DNA from: Balanoglossus misakiensis
Lineage: Eukaryota; Animalia; Hemichordata
Reading direction: 5' to 3'
Length of the DNA stretch: 64,000 bases
Assembly (NCBI GenBank): GCA_040954595.2
Contig: CM082594.2
Location: forward strand, 5,255,319 to 5,319,318
Numbering within the stretch: the stretch's first letter is position 1; each line of letters opens with the position of its first letter. Position numbers and translations under genes: made by a program. This document shows, in pieces, positions 61,701 through 64,000 of this stretch. The notes beneath the pieces are model-generated. The model was not told the DNA's origin and searched no databases. It saw only the letters and a list, made by a program, of their open reading frames with translations.

Positions 61701-63020
61701 GAAAGGCCCCCGTTTCCGAAAAGGAGTAATATGAATATGAATATAAAAGGTTTAAACTATACGTGTACAGTTGCAGTTTGAATGAAAGCGGGCGATTCCT
61801 CGTCGGGCTCCGGGTGGAAATATCATTTTAAATCACTGAACAGCTGATTCGCTGAAACCCGTGATTGATGATGATGGGGAATAATTTGTGTCTTGACAGA
61901 AATGTCGACAAATGTGCCGAAACCTGTAAACACGTTTTTTTGTGACCGAATCTTTTCACGAGTACTAAGTAATTTTTAGGTGTTTTTTTTTTAATTCACT
62001 AGATTACGAATTTTCACTGATGAAGTGGCGCGGTAGATGCAGGCAGACTTTTTACTCCCAATGCCGTATAGCTAAGCCGACGTTCCCGAACGAAATTATC
62101 GCTTCTGCAAGCGTTGGCTACCCCTTACCCGGTGTTATCGAACACTCGGACGAAAATCTATAAATCGTGGTCTTTTCCCTTCTAAAACAGAATAGGACTG
62201 GAGCGCATGAATGGTCTGCGCGTTTCTAAAGAGATTCAGAGCCGGCCGTGGCTCCAGCGATGACAAAAGCCTAGTACATTTGCGGCGTGCTCTTCTATTC
62301 CTTTCGAGCGACACAGGCCCCGAGTGTATGAGACCGGCCTGCCCGGGCGATAAAGCTTTCTGATCGAAGTAGAGACAGGCCAGCTTCTCATAATCTCCAT
62401 AAGAGGATTACTTGGGGGGAACACGTCACAAACATTTGATGAAGACTGCCTTCTCTCGCGTTATTACACGCGGGCAATTGAAGTGTATAGGGCTGCGCGT
62501 AAGAGGCAACGCCAACGGTGATTACCATAACTGGCCATTTGGCCAATTCAGATAATTTCGTCTATTTACGGGATAACTGTGATTGTGTAAACGGCTCTGT
62601 TGCTTTTTCGAACTTTTCAGTCGATTGGCCAAACACACACGCAAAACGGATACACGTTATTAAAAATGATTTGATGGTTTAGACAAATCAGGGCCCGATA
62701 AATCATAAAAAATGCCCGTTACGTTCTGCCATCAAAAATAATAGAGGCGAGGCAGCATTCACTTGAGAGAAGTCATAATGTGTCGCTGATTGTTATGGGC
62801 ATAAAGTATACGCTATTTTGGCATAATTGAACGCAATTTTTTCCCTCAAAAATTGGGCCTAATACAACAACGCAGAGGCCGAATAAACGCAGTGTGGCGA
62901 GTCGTTCTTCGCAGAGCGGGACACAAGCTTGCCCGGCGCGTTTCTATATCGCGGATTTTGGATCAACTCGTGGGTCAACTTCTCGCTCCGGACTGATCGA
63001 TCGCCGTGTTTGTTACTCAC

Positions 63021-63205
63021 CTGAGTTTGTGTAAGACCGAGGGACGCCGCCAGTTCCGCTCGTTCGGGGAGGGCTAAGTACTGTGTTCGCTGGAATCGGC
63101 GGTTCAATTGCTGCAGCTGTAAGCTGCTGTATATGGTACGTGGCTTTCTCATTTTCTTGCCTTTGCCGTTCACTCGGAGCTCATTTTCCGAGACGGTCTT
63201 TTCAG
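63021..63205 (-). CDS. Dlx: Distal-less/Dlx homeobox protein, exon 2
   Basis: [54 protein letters not shown]|GTGAGT; diagnostic Dll homeodomain with conserved intron position. Confidence 0.98.
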
Positions 63206-63563
63206 CTGGGAAAAGAAGAAGGAGGCAGATATCAAATTGGGCACTTCTAGGGTGGAATGGTTAATACTTTTGACGACCTCTGCACCCGGGTACCTCATAA
63301 AATTGGATTAGAGCGTCTTTCATCGAGTGTAACCGGGGGAAATTTCATTGCTCGTGATTACTGTCGAGAGCATGCACCTATTACCGCCTCGATAACAGGC
63401 GTTAACTTTTGCCCCGTCGGTAAATAGACTTTGATTTGCTTTTGATCCACGTCATGGTTACCTGAGACGCTGTAAACGCTTCATTTTAGAATTTATACAC
63501 ACGCATTATTTTTTATAAGCGATACCGAAACATAAAACGAAGTAACAAGTAGTGGAAGTGTAC

Positions 63564-63870
63564 CTTCTCTCGTCATCGTGGGACTCGTGCACGTCGTCGC
63601 CGTCTGGTAGGGGTTGAGATAGTGGTGTCCGTGGTTGGCCATGGGGTTCATGTGGAACGGGTACCCGAGCGGTCGGGAGTGCTGCGCCGCGCCGAACGGC
63701 GAGTCGTGTTGCGACGGTCCGGTGGGCGGGCAGCGCATCGGCCCCGGGTAGTGGTGGTGCGTCGGCGCGCCGTACACCGAGCCCTGTTGCTGCATCTGTT
63801 GGATTTCCATGAACGCAGACTTGGAGACTTCCACGTCCAGACCGTCAGCGAGGCTTGTCATTAAAGACAT
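63564..63870 (-). CDS. Dlx: Distal-less/Dlx homeobox protein, exon 1
   Basis: MSLMTSLADGLDVEVSKSAFMEIQQ with conserved SKSAFME motif; donor G|GTACAC phase 1; spliced CDS 816 nt = 271 aa. Confidence 0.93.
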
Positions 63871-64000
63871 CAGCGGACAATTACGAAGGGGTTTTTTCCT
63901 TCCTCCCGATCGCTGCGTAGCTATCAAATACTGACTGACTGAACGAACGATTTGCGAAACAACCAGCGAACTATCTATCTCGAAGTCAATAAGTATTGGC

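Overview
Eukaryotic (intron-rich, roughly 40-45% GC by eye) marine-invertebrate-type genomic DNA, most consistent with an invertebrate deuterostome such as an enteropneust hemichordate (inference from gene content and repeat style; not verified). Four loci can be reconstructed from splice signals and protein motifs: (1) a + strand PAR-bZIP-family transcription factor (TEF/HLF/DBP/Giant/CES-2-like bZIP) with two phase-compatible candidate alternative first coding exons (1309-1339, 2125-2224) and exons 10265-10357, 10644-10865, 13428-13631, 14051-14319; (2) a complete - strand STRAD pseudokinase gene (11 coding exons, 23435->19569, 418 aa, C-terminal WEF motif); (3) a tandem array of seven single-coding-exon glycine-N-acyltransferase-like GNAT genes (24.6-38.3 kb), the last four being recent ~2 kb duplicates with mosaic ancestry; (4) a complete - strand Dlx/Distal-less homeobox gene (63870->58411, 3 exons, 271 aa) with an ~18 kb gene-free region on its 3' side that looks like a regulatory landscape. 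Several MITEs (including TAG...CTA elements with 9-10 bp target duplications), a SINE-like fragment and microsatellites are present. The most intriguing hypothesis is a clock/stress-regulated, diversifying acyl-conjugation gene array whose duplicated promoters carry E-box + RORE + ATF4/CEBP-type motifs, next to a PAR-bZIP gene that is itself studded with D-box motifs; this is motif-level inference only. Most short ORFs in the supplied track are spurious.
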